Positions 11,975-24,455 of a DNA stretch of 64,000 nt are shown here, in pieces (positions within the stretch are counted from its first letter, which is position 1; each line of letters begins with the position of its first letter). The notes below the pieces were generated by a model. That model was not told the origin of the DNA. It saw only the letters and a list, made by a program, of their open reading frames with translations, and did no database searches. Made by a program: the position numbers and the translations under genes. Origin of the DNA: Leucoraja erinacea (taxonomy: Eukaryota); contig NC_073380.1 of assembly GCF_028641065.1 (NCBI RefSeq), positions 92,504,001-92,568,000 of the forward strand, given 5' to 3'.

Positions 11975-12390
11975 AAGCCTCCGACTGGAAGTCGTGCAGA
12001 GAGTGGTGAGGACAGCTGAAAAAATCATCGGGACTTCTCTCCCCTCAATCGGGGACATTGCGAGCAAACGTTGCTTGTCTAAGGCCAACAGTATTATAAA
12101 GGACCCCACACATCTCCATCATAGACTGTTCATTCTGCTGCCCTCGGGCAAAAGATATCGTAGCATAAGGAGCAGAATGGCCACATTTTACAACAGCTTC
12201 TTCCCACGAGCCATCAGACTCTTGAATGCAGTGTAATGGGCCGCCACCATTATCTATTTTTATCTTTTTATCCATTTTATCCTTCTCTTATTTTTGTGTT
12301 GCACGGGGAGCCAGATGCAACAAAATTTTGTTTAGAATTGCATTTATTGATGTATTTCTCAATGACAATAAAGTTTTGATTGATTGAATG
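11975..12390 (+). mobile_element. Rex1/Babar LINE 3' end
   Basis: ORF QRVVRTAEKIIGTSLPSI..IIKDPTH..LLPSGKRYRSI..NSFFPRAIRLLN; tail tgacaataaa + (ttga)n. Confidence 0.88.
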
Positions 12391-12469
12391 AGTAGTTTTA
12401 AAATGCCTTTACTTTAGCTCAATGCTAGCTGCAATCTTTAAGATGTCATACATTAATGCATCTACAGCG

Positions 12470-13120
12470 AGGTGTGGGGAAGGGGGGGTGGCAAAGGGGA
12501 AGTGTGGAGAAGGGAGGATGTGGAGGAAGGGATGGGGGAAGGGGGGGGGGGAAGGGTGTGTAGGGGAAGGAGGGGTGTGGGGAAAAAGGGGTGAGGGGGA
12601 AGGGGGGGGGTGTGGGAGGGAGGGGGAAAGGGGGGTGTGAAGGAGGGGGGTGGTCGCAGCAGACACAATTCGCACTCTGCTCACCCCGCACCTTCAGCTT
12701 TCGGCCTCATGCAGTAGCTCCCGGTCCCACTCCAACTTCACTCAGAGGCTTCCGGTTCAACAGCTCCCGGCTTGTCATACTGGTCGCTACAGAAGCTGCC
12801 CGCATGCTGCTCATGGACTCAGCCCCGCCTCTGCGGTTTTTTTCTCCTCGCCCCAGTGATTGACGTCCAGTACCAGAAGGGGCGTTGCCTTCATGGTGAA
12901 TGACAGGCGAGAAAACCAATCTGCTGATCTCACAATTTTTTAAACCTTCATAACTTTTGTAATATTCCACCGATCTGAACAAAACTTGGTGCACATGGAG
13001 CAGAGGAGAATGGTGAGTAAGGTGGCAAAAGTCCAAACGATATAGGGTACTGTTTTTGTGCAAATTTTTAAAAAACAGAAACCGGAAGAGGACAAGATGA
13101 GAGTTTTAGTAATAGTATAG
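12470..13120 (-). mobile_element. probable non-autonomous Helitron-like element, 5' part
   Basis: minus strand begins TCTATACTATTACTAAAA next to a (TC/TA)-rich microsatellite; internal C-rich low-complexity tract; 3' hairpin/CTAG end not found. Confidence 0.5.
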
Positions 13121-13781
13121 AGAAGAGATATAGAGAAGAGATAGGGATAGAGAAGATAGATAGAAGATTGTACTAATAGTAAAAGGTACAGCCTGTAATA
13201 CTTTACCAAATGTCATATGATCTTTTGGAATATAGATGGTCTTGCTAATTTTTATGCAAGGAAGTTTTGCATCTTCTATGACTCAAGTCCACAAAGAATT
13301 TAATGTGACTTTGGCCATGGAGTTCCATGCAAATTGACATCCACACACATGTGAAAGAGGGTTCCTAGCAAAGCAGAACTCTGGAATTTCCCACCCAACA
13401 TCACCACGGGAACACATTCATCATTCAGAAAGACAACTCGCCACCAGCCTCTCAAGCACAATTTAGGGACAACTATAAAAAAATGGTTTGACATTAATAT
13501 TTCCATCCAGCTAAAAAAAATAATCTAATTTATACTTGGCTCCCTGACTTCTCAGCTGATATCTAGAAGGTACCTGTTGTTAGATTCCAGCATAAGGGAG
13601 CTTTAGGATATGTAAAATCTCTAAGAGTTTCACTGGTGAAACATATATAATAAAATGGTGCCTGCTTTACAAATAACGGTGCTCAGGAGTCTGATTGCTT
13701 CTGAACCTAAGGCCCTTCACTGAGAGCTCATGTTTTATATAGAGAGGCTATGGGTTGAGGGGAGGATGTGAGCCCAGTTCT

Positions 13782-13795
13782 CCACCAGATGGCAG
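13782..13795 (+). promoter_or_regulatory. candidate CTCF site
   Basis: CCACCAGATGGCAG matches the CCASYAGRKGGCRS core exactly, in apparently unique sequence; motif only. Confidence 0.5.
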
Positions 13796-13901
13796 AGGTT
13801 CAAACTAATCTTGAATAATGACACTTTTAATCTCCTAAATACTGTGGGAAATATAGAGGCAGAGATCACAAGATCCGTGTGTGTCATCAGCACCCCCCCC
13901 C

Positions 13902-13932
<31 letters not shown>

Positions 13933-14349
13933 ACCACACACACCTTTCTGCCGCCACCAACCTGTCCTTTTTAAAGACCAGTGGCTGGCTAATAATGGCT
14001 GGGGTTTGTCAGGGAAATGTTGAAGTAAATGCAGACGCGGGGCAGTTGCTCTTGCCTCTACGTCAAGTGCCTCCTCGGGAGATATTGACGAGTTCTGAAA
14101 CTTGACCAGTTCCGCAGATTCCGGGAAGTTACTTGTGCACCAAACTGGAGACTGACACTCCAGCACGATGCAAACAAACGCTGCACTTTGCAGGACACAT
14201 TTGTCTGCAGTATCATTGCATGTACTTGCTTTCAAGAAGAGTAAGTGACCTATTCCTGGTGAGCTCTGTTTCTGTATTGTAGGGCTCTACAACTCTATGG
14301 ATTTAAGAATTGGAGGGGATTATTATGATTTCAGTGATTGGGCCAATTA

Positions 14350-14475
14350 CTGAAGGGTTTCAGCCCGAAACCTTGCCTATTTCCTTTGCTCCATAGATGC
14401 TGCCTCGCCCGCTGAGTTTCTCCAGCATTTTATTCTACCTTCGATTTTCCAGCATCTGCAGTTCCTTCTGAAACA
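14350..14475 (+). mobile_element. Penelope-type repeat
   Basis: ctgaagggtttcagcccgaaaccttgcctatttcc...gcatctgcagttccttc. Confidence 0.8.
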
Positions 14476-14679
14476 ACCTGTCGACAGGAGATTGTTTGAG
14501 TGTTGCCCTCTCTACGATACTATACAATACAATAGAACTTTATTTATCCCAGGAGGGAAATTGGTGCCACCCATGGTGCCACTGATTTAAACACTCAAAA
14601 TGCTGATATCATTAAACATCGAGTGCACATATTTCAAGGGCATAAAAACACAAAAAAGGTTGTATCTCAAATTAGATTA

Positions 14680-15050
14680 GGATCTGGAAAGGGTACGGAG
14701 AAGATTTATAAGGGTGATGCCAGGATTCAAGGGCCTGAGCTCTAGGTTCAATAGTTCAATACTTCTTTATTTGTCACATATGCAACCGCACAGTGAAATT
14801 TCTTTTGCAAATATTACAGATGCAAGCGCCGCCATTTTTGGTGCCCTTGTTCAAAATCCAATATCTGGTCAGCCCACGTGCTCAATGTACTGGAGCAGTG
14901 CCCGTAAACTGGTGTCCCTCTCCTCTCCTGGCCTGGCCACATTTGTGTCCCGGAGGCACAAGGATGGAGGTAGGGAGCGGTAGGGAGAGGGAGAGGTTGA
15001 GCAAGCTGGAAATTTATTCTTTGGAGCGCAGGAGGATGAGGGGTGATCTT
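14680..15050 (+). mobile_element. CR1 fragment interrupted by a minus-strand short element with a Rex1-type tail (about 14745-14985)
   Basis: CR1 text cctgagct|...|tagggagaggttgagc; LEIYSLERRRMRGDL; the insert has tttatttgtcacat and a (gttcaata)n tail. Confidence 0.6.
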
Positions 15051-15133
15051 GTTCTTGGTTTCTTGGTCCTCCAAAATATTTCAAATGGAATTTAAACTGG
15101 AGGTGGTGAAGGGAGGGATTAAGCCAGAAAGGG

Positions 15134-15875
15134 TTATTGGGAAGAAAGAGCTACTTTAAATTTAGTTACATCTGGTTGGGTAACTATAGTTGGGTGGAGA
15201 TTATTCCATGCTTTAATTGTGCGGGGGAAGAACAAATTGCTGTACACATCTGTCTTTGTAGCTGGGATCACAAATTGGATCGAATGCCCTCGTCTGCTCT
15301 TAATTGGTTTGGGTTTGGTGTCTGGTGTAGATCTTGTAATTTTATGCACCACATATCTGGAACAAGCTCCCAGAAAACTGCAGGTCTGCTGCAACTCTCA
15401 GCTCTTTTAAATCTAGACTGAAGACTTTTCTGTTTGTCGCTGCCTTTCAGTAAACAATACAATTTATTAATTACCTATACTGCACTGTAACTTCTATTCC
15501 TGGTTTTATTCTATTTTAAATATTTTTTTTGATTGCTTTTAATTTTGTAATTATTTTATCTGTATAATCTAATAATTGTTTTACATCTAAATGTCATTTT
15601 ATATGTGTTTCTTTCCAATGCTTTTAATGTTTTATGTAAAGCACTTTGAATTACCTTGTTGATGAAAGGTGCTATACAAATAAACTTGTCTTGCCTTGCC
15701 TTGCCTATGTCGAGCTGACCATTTAACATTTTGTAAAAACAGGTCAAACGGTGAGCTTCACGTCTGTCTTGGAGAGGGTTCCACCCCAGAGATTTCAGAA
15801 GTTTGGTGACACTCACTTCTCTCTCATAGGTGTTAGTAACAAATCGAGCTGCCTGTCTTTGGACACATTCGATGG
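15134..15875 (-). mobile_element. invertebrate-like CR1-group LINE 3' fragments, split by an L2-like tail (about 15480-15705, +)
   Basis: IECVQRQAARFVTNTY..SVTKLLKSLGWNPLQDRR..RL..FYK and FFPRTIKAWNNL; the insert ends gtgctatacaaataaa + (cttgc)n. Confidence 0.75.
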
Positions 15876-15879
15876 AAGA

Positions 15880-16207
15880 AATCTTATAGTGGTGCACAAA
15901 ATCACGAGAGGGATAGATTGGGTCAATGCACAGTAATTTGCCCAGAGTAGGCAAATCAAGAAGCAGAAGACATAGATTTAAGGTGAAGGAGGAAAGAGTT
16001 AATAGGAACCTGATGGGTAACTTTTTTAGACAAAGGGTGGTGGGTGTATGGAATGAGCTGCCAGGGGAGGTATTTGAATCATGTACCGTCACAATGTTTT
16101 GAGAAAAATGTAGACAGGCACACGGATAGAACAGATTTAGAGGAGATGAGGCATGTTGGTCGGCATGGGCAAATTGGGCTGACTTTAGATAGTTTTTATG
16201 ACTCTAT
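15880..16207 (+). mobile_element. older CR1 3' end
   Basis: agaagacatagatttaaggtgaagg...caaagggtggtgggtgtatggaatgagctgcca; tail tatgactctat. Confidence 0.75.
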
Positions 16208-16504
16208 CTGTCAGTGACAACAGCTGTACATTGCTGTTAACTTTCTCATTATTTTAGAGGTAGCTCAGTTAATGAAATATATCTGAAAGGGATTGGAATT
16301 TTTACAAGACGCTAAGATAATTAGGACATATTCCAAGATCCACTTGGAGGATGATTGAGCTTTTTAAATGAATGGTGTTCTAATATGTGAATTGGAAATC
16401 CAATGGGGTTTTTTTAAATGTTGGGCTAAAAATCAGTTCTGAATGCAGGTTACAATTTACCAGGCTAATTATCTTCTGCCAGCGTGCCCAAATCCAAAAC
16501 ATTC

Positions 16505-16680
16505 ACAGATGCTAAAAATCTAAAACATAAACAGAAAATGCTGGAAATAATCAGCAGATTAGACTGACCCGAAATGTTGACTCCGTTTCCCTTCCCACCG
16601 ATGCGGCCTGCCCTGTTGGGAATTTCCCTCCATAGATGCTGCCTGACCCACTGAGTATTTCAACACTTTGTGTTTTATTC
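16505..16680. mobile_element. degenerate inverted/tandem Penelope-type repeat cluster
   Basis: minus piece cagatgct..aaatgctggaa followed by plus pieces gacccgaaatgttgac and catagatgctgcctgacccactgagt. Confidence 0.6.
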
Positions 16681-17604
16681 TGTTTTTGTCGTGCCACATA
16701 TGGTGCATAGTTTTTAATTCTTAGAGGCAATTAGGTTAAATGCCGGCAAATGGGATCATGAGAAAACTAACCACCAATTTTAGTACAGATGTTGTCACTG
16801 AGAGACTTAGATGGCCATCTTGATTGCCATGGACAAATTGGTTCAAAGGGCTTGTGTCCATTCCGTATGACTCTTTGACTCAATTTGGTTGTATGTGCAG
16901 GGGGAGGATGGGTGTATTGGCCCAAGACAAACCAGAGGGGGATACACTAAGAATTCACTGGGTAGAGAGCAATCATGTAATTACAACATAATGAAAATTA
17001 TATTTCAAAGTTGCAACACTGGTTGCCATCACAAGAGAGTGAGAAGGTTACAGCTTTTGCAATCCCACCCCAACCCAACTCCTGATTCATTCAATTGCCT
17101 GCCAGTCACAGGGTAAGGCCAATTTCCTACCCATCCACACACCAACAGCCCACCAGTTCCGCTCACTCACGGAGCGAACCTGAAATTGCGTCCTGCCTCC
17201 GTCCTGGCACTGGGTTCAGGTGGGCAGCTGGAAATCCATTTGGCATTATCCCTTGATTAATGAGCCACCAAAATAATCATCAGTTGACATTCAATTCTAT
17301 GCTCTCATTAGAAATCATTTTGATTGATTGTTTAAGATGAAAACATTTGGATCAGCACTGCCTACTGTACTGATGGCAGCAGATTATGTGCTAACATTTA
17401 AAGGGGAATTAAACAAAATCAAAATAGAAATCCTTTATTTACAGAGCTAATGGAAAGTGCAGTGGAACGAACTATAATGAAGAGCTCCTTCCAAAACAAA
17501 ATAGGTATAATGGGCGGAATTCCTTCTTCTTTGCTAAACCAGTCCATAATTAGACTCCATTTCATACACAATCATTTTTGTGCATTAAGTCCACAAGAAG
17601 GGTC

Positions 17605-18010
17605 TCGATTGAGGGGGGATCTTGTAGAAACTTACAAAATTCTTAACGGGTTGGGCAGGCTAGATGCAGGAAGATTGGTCCCGATGTTGGGGAAGTCCAG
17701 AACAAGGGGTCACAGTTTAAGGATAAGGGGGTAGTCTTTTAGGACCGAGATGAGAAAATCATTTTTTACACAGAGTGGTGAATCTGTGGAATTCTCTGCC
17801 ACAAAAGGTAGTTGAGGCCAGTTCATTGGCTGGATTTAAGAGGGAGTTAGATGTGGCCTTTGTGGCTAAAGGGATCAGGGGGTATGGAGAGAAGGCAGGT
17901 ATGGGATATTGATTTGGATGATCAGCCATGATCATATTGAATGGCGGTGCAAGCTCAAAGGGCCGAATGGCCTACTCCTGCATCTATTTTCTATGTTTCT
18001 ATGTTTCTAT
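17605..18010 (+). mobile_element. CR1 (HER-type) 3' end, followed by a Penelope-type repeat (18011-18113)
   Basis: RLRGDLVETYKILNGLGRLDAGR..GKSRTRGHSLRIRG; (tatgtttc)n tail. Confidence 0.92.
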
Positions 18011-19564
18011 GACCTGAAACGTCACCTATTCCTTTTCTCCAGAGATGCTGCCCGACCCACTGAGTTAACACAATTTTGTGTCTATCTTTGGTGTAAACCA
18101 GCATCTGCAGTTCATAGAAACATAGAAAATAGGTGCAGGAATAGGCCATTATGCCCTTCCTACACACGTTTGGAATAAAATATCTGAGGGTGAAGCAAAA
18201 ATATTATCACAGCACCTGTCAGGGTGTCCTGCATACAATTGGCACCAGGTCTCATCTGATACTTGATGAGATGTTGATCGCCCTTTAACTGGGAACCTCG
18301 GTGTAACATTTCCTCCTCAGAAGGGTATTTTCATTAAAGCCCCTGCGATGTGCATTGAAGAAGAAAAAAAAATCTATTACATTTAACATAACCTTTTAAA
18401 ATCCATCCAGGAGTGAACATTATTGCAGCTGGATACATGGTTAACTTGGCTGCTTTACAGTCTGTATTAACTGCCAAGTAATATGAAATTCAAGTCAATG
18501 TTTTAGCTGCATTTTCCAGGTAATTAATCCTCTGGATAATAGATGTTTCTGGGTTTCTCCAGTTCATGGGCAGGCAACGCCTGAAACAACTAAACACTGA
18601 CGGAGTGCCAAAAAAACCCCAACGTGGATCAGGAGCCCAGCCACTATTCTGCACCTGAGAAACAAAAGTGTTCAGGCATGCGTGGTAAAGAAAGAGAGAG
18701 AAAAGGCAGGGCTCGTTATCTGGATTACCTCAATCGCCAACAAAAAGGGCACAAGGAACTGGCAGAATAATAATGGAAAAATGTAAAATCAGATTGCGCT
18801 CTGTGAGTTGCTCCCTTGTGCATTGATGTATGGCCAGTAAAACGTGCTGGGGTTAGTGTGCACACGGAGGTCACAAAGTTGCTGATTGCCAGGTAGGTTT
18901 TCATGTCCCCATGTTGTCAAGCAATCTGTGCCTTCATAAAATTACCCATAAAACATTCATGGAGGTGGATTAGGTTTTAAAATCTACCTAATGTAGCATG
19001 AAATTCTGACTTCATGCTCCAGTGATCAGAGCTGCAAGAGCTGACCTATTTTCTCACTCTGCAATCACAATATTCCATCTTTACCCTTTTCAACTGTTTC
19101 CTTCTAAAGATTAAGACCATAAGAGATCATAATTTCCTCCGCCTTTCATTATGCAGCTTGGTCAGACTAGACTGTTACATTACTCATGCAATTTAGTTTG
19201 CTCACTAGTGCCTTGACATTTGATGAAATTGAAATTTCAATACATATTCAACTACAGGGACATATATAGATTGAAAATAGCTGCCGTTTCATTTACGAAC
19301 AATATAATTAAAATAAATACTGGCTGTAACCCTTACAGATATTATTTTCACAATGTTTCTCTATGTTTATACATATTTATACACACACACACACCCACAC
19401 ACACACATATGCACAAAAACAGAGAATTGATAGATGTAGAAATAGACCCATGTACCACCAAAAATGTTGATTTAAATTTCACTGCACATTTTTATTTATC
19501 CACTTTTTGTCCATGGCTAGTTATTACACTATCTGAACTGGGAAGTAAGAAGTCTTCTTGAACA

Positions 19565-19659
19565 GGAAGGTACACAAAAATGCTGGAGAATCTCAGCGGG
19601 CGCAGCAGCATCTATGGAGCGAAGGAGATAGGCAACGTTTCGGGCCAAAACCCTTCTTC
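19565..19659 (-). mobile_element. Penelope-type hammerhead repeat with TSD
   Basis: 14-bp duplication agtcttcttgaaca at 19551-19564 and 19660-19673; minus strand ctgaagaagggttttggcccgaaacgttg. Confidence 0.85.
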
Positions 19660-19859
19660 AGTCTTCTTGAACATATCTGTGAGGTGAAGGTACGTTCATG
19701 TTGCTGTTGGGGACGGAGTTCCAGGACTTGGCTCCTAGATAATGAGGAAATTATGGATATTTTTCCAAATCGGAATAACGGGTCATTTGAAGATATGTTT
19801 ATAAATTCACACTTATGTCTTGTGATTACAATTTTATGTGCCTGGATGTGGTAACGGAG

Positions 19860-19968
19860 GGGTGTGTGCATATATGTGTGAGCACACATGATTGTGAGTA
19901 TGTGTGCATGTGATGTACGTGGGGTTATGGTCATGTGTGTGTGTGTGTGTGCGTGTGCATGTTTGTAT
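19860..19968. repeat. (TG)n-rich microsatellite
   Basis: direct inspection. Confidence 0.85.
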
Positions 19969-20759
19969 GCTATATTTAGGATGCTAGTGTGGCAAGTGTA
20001 TTGTATTAATCACTATCATGTACATGTCCACAAGCAGAGGTGAAGGATCTTCAATGTTATTTCAGAACTCAATTCAATAGCCTCGACTTATATGATTGTC
20101 CAGCCAAGGCTTTAGAATTGCAATAGAAGTTAAATAAAATAGTGACATGATGTTACTGCTCATGCATCTTCACAATTTTTTCCTAAAAGATTGCTTTTGA
20201 TTTCTGGTACCAACACTCACTGACCCATTCCTCACTTTATGTCAAGAGGATTATAAAAATAGATGCTAAACCCGCAACATTTGTTCAAAGGCAAAAATGG
20301 GAGATACAATCTGGATAAAATTCACAGCTTGAACTAAATTCGGCATTGCTAGAAATTCAAGTCTCCTACAATGCTTCTGTTTCTTTAATTCACTGAAAAT
20401 GCTTCCATTGTAAATGGTTGCATTCAAAAAAGAATGTTTTAAATTGGAGTTCATCCTCTTTTGGCTCAATAAACAGATTTAAGACTAACACCCACGTATT
20501 TGCACAACAGTTCAGAAATTGGACAATGAGATCTCCAAAGTTTCTTCCATTACATTTCCATGTAACATTAAAAATCTTAAAACATCACTGCAGCCCTTTG
20601 AACATGAAGTGCATAATTTGCTAGTTCTGGGAAGACTTTGTACTTTAACCCCAAAACCTCAAATTTCAAAGGTACATTGTAATCCTCTGATACCACTACA
20701 GTAAATCCCCAATAATCTAATATCCAATTATTTGGAAATCTACACTTCTGCCTGACACC

Positions 20760-20942
20760 AAACTCACCAGACGCAGCTTGCGTTCTCTTTAAGATCACCA
20801 GCTTCTGTTTCTTGCAATCCCTATAAACTCACCAGGTTCTGATTTCCACTCACTTTAATCTCACCAGGTTCTGTTTCCTGCTCTTTTGGAACACACTATA
20901 TTTTATATCCTGTTCCCATTAAACTCACCAGATTCTGTTTCC
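20760..20942. repeat. degenerate tandem repeat, about 32-bp period
   Basis: five recurrences of (aaac)tcaccag..ttctg.ttc. Confidence 0.65.
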
Positions 20943-21553
20943 GAGATTATATCCAATCCATGTGAGGAAACATGATGGAAGGAAATGGGATTCACCTAAT
21001 TTGGTGGCAATTGTAGCTCAGATGGTCACAGGCTTGACTCCGATTCTGGCTGTGGCTCCAAGTCCCATCCCAATGATAGGAACACAGAAAATTAGACTCA
21101 CACCACAGGACAATGCTGATGTAGTGCTTCACCATTGGAAGTGTCTTCCCCCAAATGATAAATGATAGGCCATTCAGACTTTCAAACCTGTCTGGCATTC
21201 AATAAGATCGCAATTGATATTCTACATCCATCCATCTGTAGACACTAATCCCATATTTTCCCATTCATTTAATATACAGAAATTCATAAATGTAAGTTCT
21301 AAATACCGCTATTAACTGTGCCTTCACAGTCCTCTGAAGTAAAAATTTAAAAGATTCATCACCTCTGAATGAAGAAACTTCTAAAAGGCTTACCCCTTAT
21401 TTTGAGAGCGTGATCATATGCCAAAGCTCCTCAGCTGCGGGAAACTCCCTTCCTGTATCATCCCTGTTCAATCCTGAGAGAATCCTGTATGTTTCACTGT
21501 TTAATTTTCTTCCTCCAAAGTCTAAAGGAGAGACCCCTCATCTATTTTGTCAC

Positions 21554-21703
21554 NNNNNNNNNNNNNNNNNNNNNNNNNNNNNNNNNNNNNNNNNNNNNNN
21601 NNNNNNNNNNNNNNNNNNNNNNNNNNNNNNNNNNNNNNNNNNNNNNNNNNNNNNNNNNNNNNNNNNNNNNNNNNNNNNNNNNNNNNNNNNNNNNNNNNNN
21701 NNN
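21554..21703. other. assembly gap (150 N)
   Basis: run of N. Confidence 1.
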
Positions 21704-21852
21704 TTCAGGATACTCAAGGCCACCTTACAGTTAAAACAAGCAAATTACAAATCTATAAATAAAATGAAATAAAAGCAATAATACATAATTCGGAGAGAGA
21801 GCAGCGGCAGCTAATCACGCCAGCGTTCACTCTCACTTCCGGCAGCCATCTT
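21704..21852 (-). mobile_element. short bipartite element (AAGATGGC head + L2-like tail), copy 1, cut by the gap
   Basis: gagagagcagcggcagctaa..cgccagcgt.cactctc.cttccg.cagccatctt is shared with 48117-48366. Confidence 0.7.
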
Positions 21853-21859
21853 TTAGTCA

Positions 21860-21898
21860 CAGCATTAAAGACGAATTTAACATAAAACATAAAAAACA

Positions 21899-21942
<44 letters not shown>

Positions 21943-22065
21943 TCCCACTGTGAGGGAAGGCAACAAAGTCCAGTCCTCTTCCTCTTGTTCACCCCGTGGT
22001 CGGGGCCTATTTGAGGCCTCCACAGTCGCCGCAACGGCAGCCCAATGTTACAGGCCCATTGTGGT
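21860..22065 (-). mobile_element. fragment of the GC-rich Rex1-tailed non-autonomous family
   Basis: cccactgtgagggaaggcaacaaagtc..ccgtggtcggggcc is shared with 41071-41330 and 44390-45255. Confidence 0.7.
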
Positions 22066-22145
22066 TGGTTGGTGCTTATTGTGTACAAAATGACTGCTGT
22101 ATTTTCAACATTACAACAGCAACTACACTTTGGGGAGTACTTTGA

Positions 22146-22278
22146 GTCTGAAGAAGGGTATCGACCCAAAATGTCATCTATTCCTTTTCTCCAGAGATGT
22201 TGTCTGACCCGCTGAGTTACTCCAACTTTTTGTGTCTATCTTCGGTTTAAACCAGCATCTGCAGTTCCTTCCTACACA
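22146..22278 (+). mobile_element. Penelope-type repeat
   Basis: gtctgaagaagggtatcgacccaaaatgtc...gcatctgcagttccttcctacaca. Confidence 0.8.
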
Positions 22279-22289
22279 CAACATATTTA

Positions 22290-22910
22290 CTTTCTTTGGC
22301 ATCTGAGAAGGTTCGGACCAAGGCTTTTTTCAAACCTGCATTATAGAAAGTATTCTGACGGGATGCATCTCAGCCTGTGGCAGCTGCTTTGTTCTTGACC
22401 ACTTGTACCTGCAGGGAGTGGTGAACACAGCCCTGTTCATCACAGGCTTATCACTTCTTTCCATTCAGACCATCATAACAGTGCATTGGATCAGGAAGGC
22501 TGTAAGTATTGTCAAGGATGTCTGCCACTCTGGCCATTCCTTTCTCTCTCTTCTATCTTCTAGGAGCAGATACAGGAGCTTGAAAGCTCGGACATCCGGA
22601 TTTAAGAATAGCTTTTTTCCCCCACTGCTATCAGATTCCTGAACCAATCATTTCTTTCATACCCACTTCCCAGAGGTTCTGTCACTTCTTATTCTTACTC
22701 TTTACCTCACTCGGTTATTCCATAATTGCACTTTAATATTTGCTTGCATTATTCAGATTTTGAACAACTATATTGCACCATTCAGCTATTTTACCATTTT
22801 CATTGTGTTTATTGTTGAGTTTATCATCACTGTATATGTACAGTTCACTCTGTGGGTTTCATGTACACCCTGGTGTATACGACAATAAACTAATCTGAAA
22901 CTGAATGTTT
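22290..22910 (+). mobile_element. degenerate Rex1/Babar 3' end
   Basis: IVKDVCHSGHSFLSLLSSRSRYRSLKARTSGFKNSFFP; gacaataaac tail. Confidence 0.75.
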
Positions 22911-22984
22911 TGAAACATTAATATGAAAGCAATTGGCATTGATGTCCCATTCTACATTGCTATGTAGCAGCACGGTGCCTCTTT

Positions 22985-23400
22985 GGGGTGGCACGATGGC
23001 GCAGTGGTAGAGTTGCTGCCATACAGTTCCAGACACCCGGGTTTGATCCCGACGACTGGTGCTGCCTATACGGAGTTTGTACATTCTCCCCGTGACCTGC
23101 ATGGGTTTTCTCTGGGAGCTCCGGTTTTCTCCCACACTCCAAAGGCATACAGGTTTGTAGTCTGAAGAAGGGTTTCGGCCCGAAACGTTGCCTATCTCCT
23201 TCACTCCATAGATGCTGCTGCACCCGCTGAGTTTCTCCAGCATTTTTGTGTACCTCAGGTTTGTAGGCTAATAGGTTTGGTAAAATTGTAAATTGACCCT
23301 AGTGTGTGTAGGTTAATGTTAGTGCGTGGGGGTCACAGGTTGACGTGGACTCGGTGGGCCGAAGGGCCTGTTTCCGCACAGTAACACTAAACTAAACTAT
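22985..23400 (+). mobile_element. HE1-like tRNA-derived SINE with nested Penelope-type insert
   Basis: A box tggcgcagtgg, B-box-like ggtttgatccc, central ggagtttgtacattctccccgtgacc, CR1-derived tail ggccgaagggcctgtttcc + (taaac)n. Confidence 0.88.
23161..23255 (+). mobile_element. Penelope-type hammerhead repeat inserted in HE1
   Basis: CUGAAGA (23162-68), A, GGGU-UUCG-GCCC, GAAAC, GUU; 11-bp TSD caggtttgtag at 23150-23160 and 23256-23266. Confidence 0.88.
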
Positions 23401-23509
23401 GAGATTTTCTACTAATATTCAAAGTTTTATTAGTCATAACAGTTTTCCTTTGATTCAACCTTATCAATGACCAGTATTGTTAGTTCTGATAGATGTAGAG
23501 GCATAGAGG

Positions 23510-24455
23510 TAAAGAGCCATAGTTACACAGCACCGAAACAGGCCCTTTAGCCCAACTTCTCCATGGTGAACTAGGTGTCTATCTGAGCTAGATATATTTC
23601 CCAGCATTTGTCCATATAACCATATAACCATATAACAATTACAGCACGGAAACAGGCCATCTCGGCCCTACAAGTCCGTGCCGAACAACTTTTTTTCCCC
23701 TTAGTCCCACCTGCCTGCACTCATACCATAACTCTCCATTCCCTTCTCATCCATATGCCTATCCAATTTATTTTTAAATGATACCAATGAACCTGCCTCC
23801 ACCACTTCCACTGGGAGCTCATTCCACACCGCTACCACTCTCTACGTAAAGAAGTTCCCCCTCATATTACCCCTAAACTTCTGTCCCTTAATTCTGAAGT
23901 CATGTCCTCTTGTTTGAATCTTCCCTATTCTCAAAGGGAAAAGCTTGTCCACATCAACTCTGTCTATCCCTCTCATCATTTTAAAAACCTCTATCAGGTC
24001 CCCCCTTAACCTTCTGCGCTCCAGAGAATAAAGACCTAACTTATTCAACCTATCTCTGTAACTTAGTTGTTGAAACCCAGGCCAATATCCCACTGATTCT
24101 TTTCTATCCATTTATCTGCCCATTTTTTTAAACATTACAATTGTATCAGCTTTTGCACCCTCCTCTGGCAGCTCATTCCATATACCCACCACCCTCTGTG
24201 TGAAAAACCTGCCCCCCTCAGATCCCTTTTACATCATTCCCCTCTCACCTTAAATCTCTGCCCTCTAGTTCCAGAGCTTGGAAAAAAAGATTGTGACCAT
24301 CTAACGTATCTACACCCTTCATGATTTTCTATAAGGTCACCCCTCAACCTCTTAACCAGCAAAAACAAGCTCAACCTATTCAGCCTCTCCATCTAACTCA
24401 AGCCCTCCAGTTCCAGTAACATATTTGTGAATATTTTCTGCACTCTTTCCAGCTT
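23510..24455 (-). mobile_element. old CR1 3' end with a younger CR1 nested at about 23617-24082
   Basis: ORF LSYRDRLNKLGLYSLERRRLRGDLIEVFKMMRGIDRVD; (aaccatat)n tail; the older copy resumes after about 24083. Confidence 0.85.

Noticed and set aside
22985-23060. tRNA gene
   Set aside because: The A/B boxes belong to the HE1 SINE head; it continues into the SINE body and no cloverleaf is evident.
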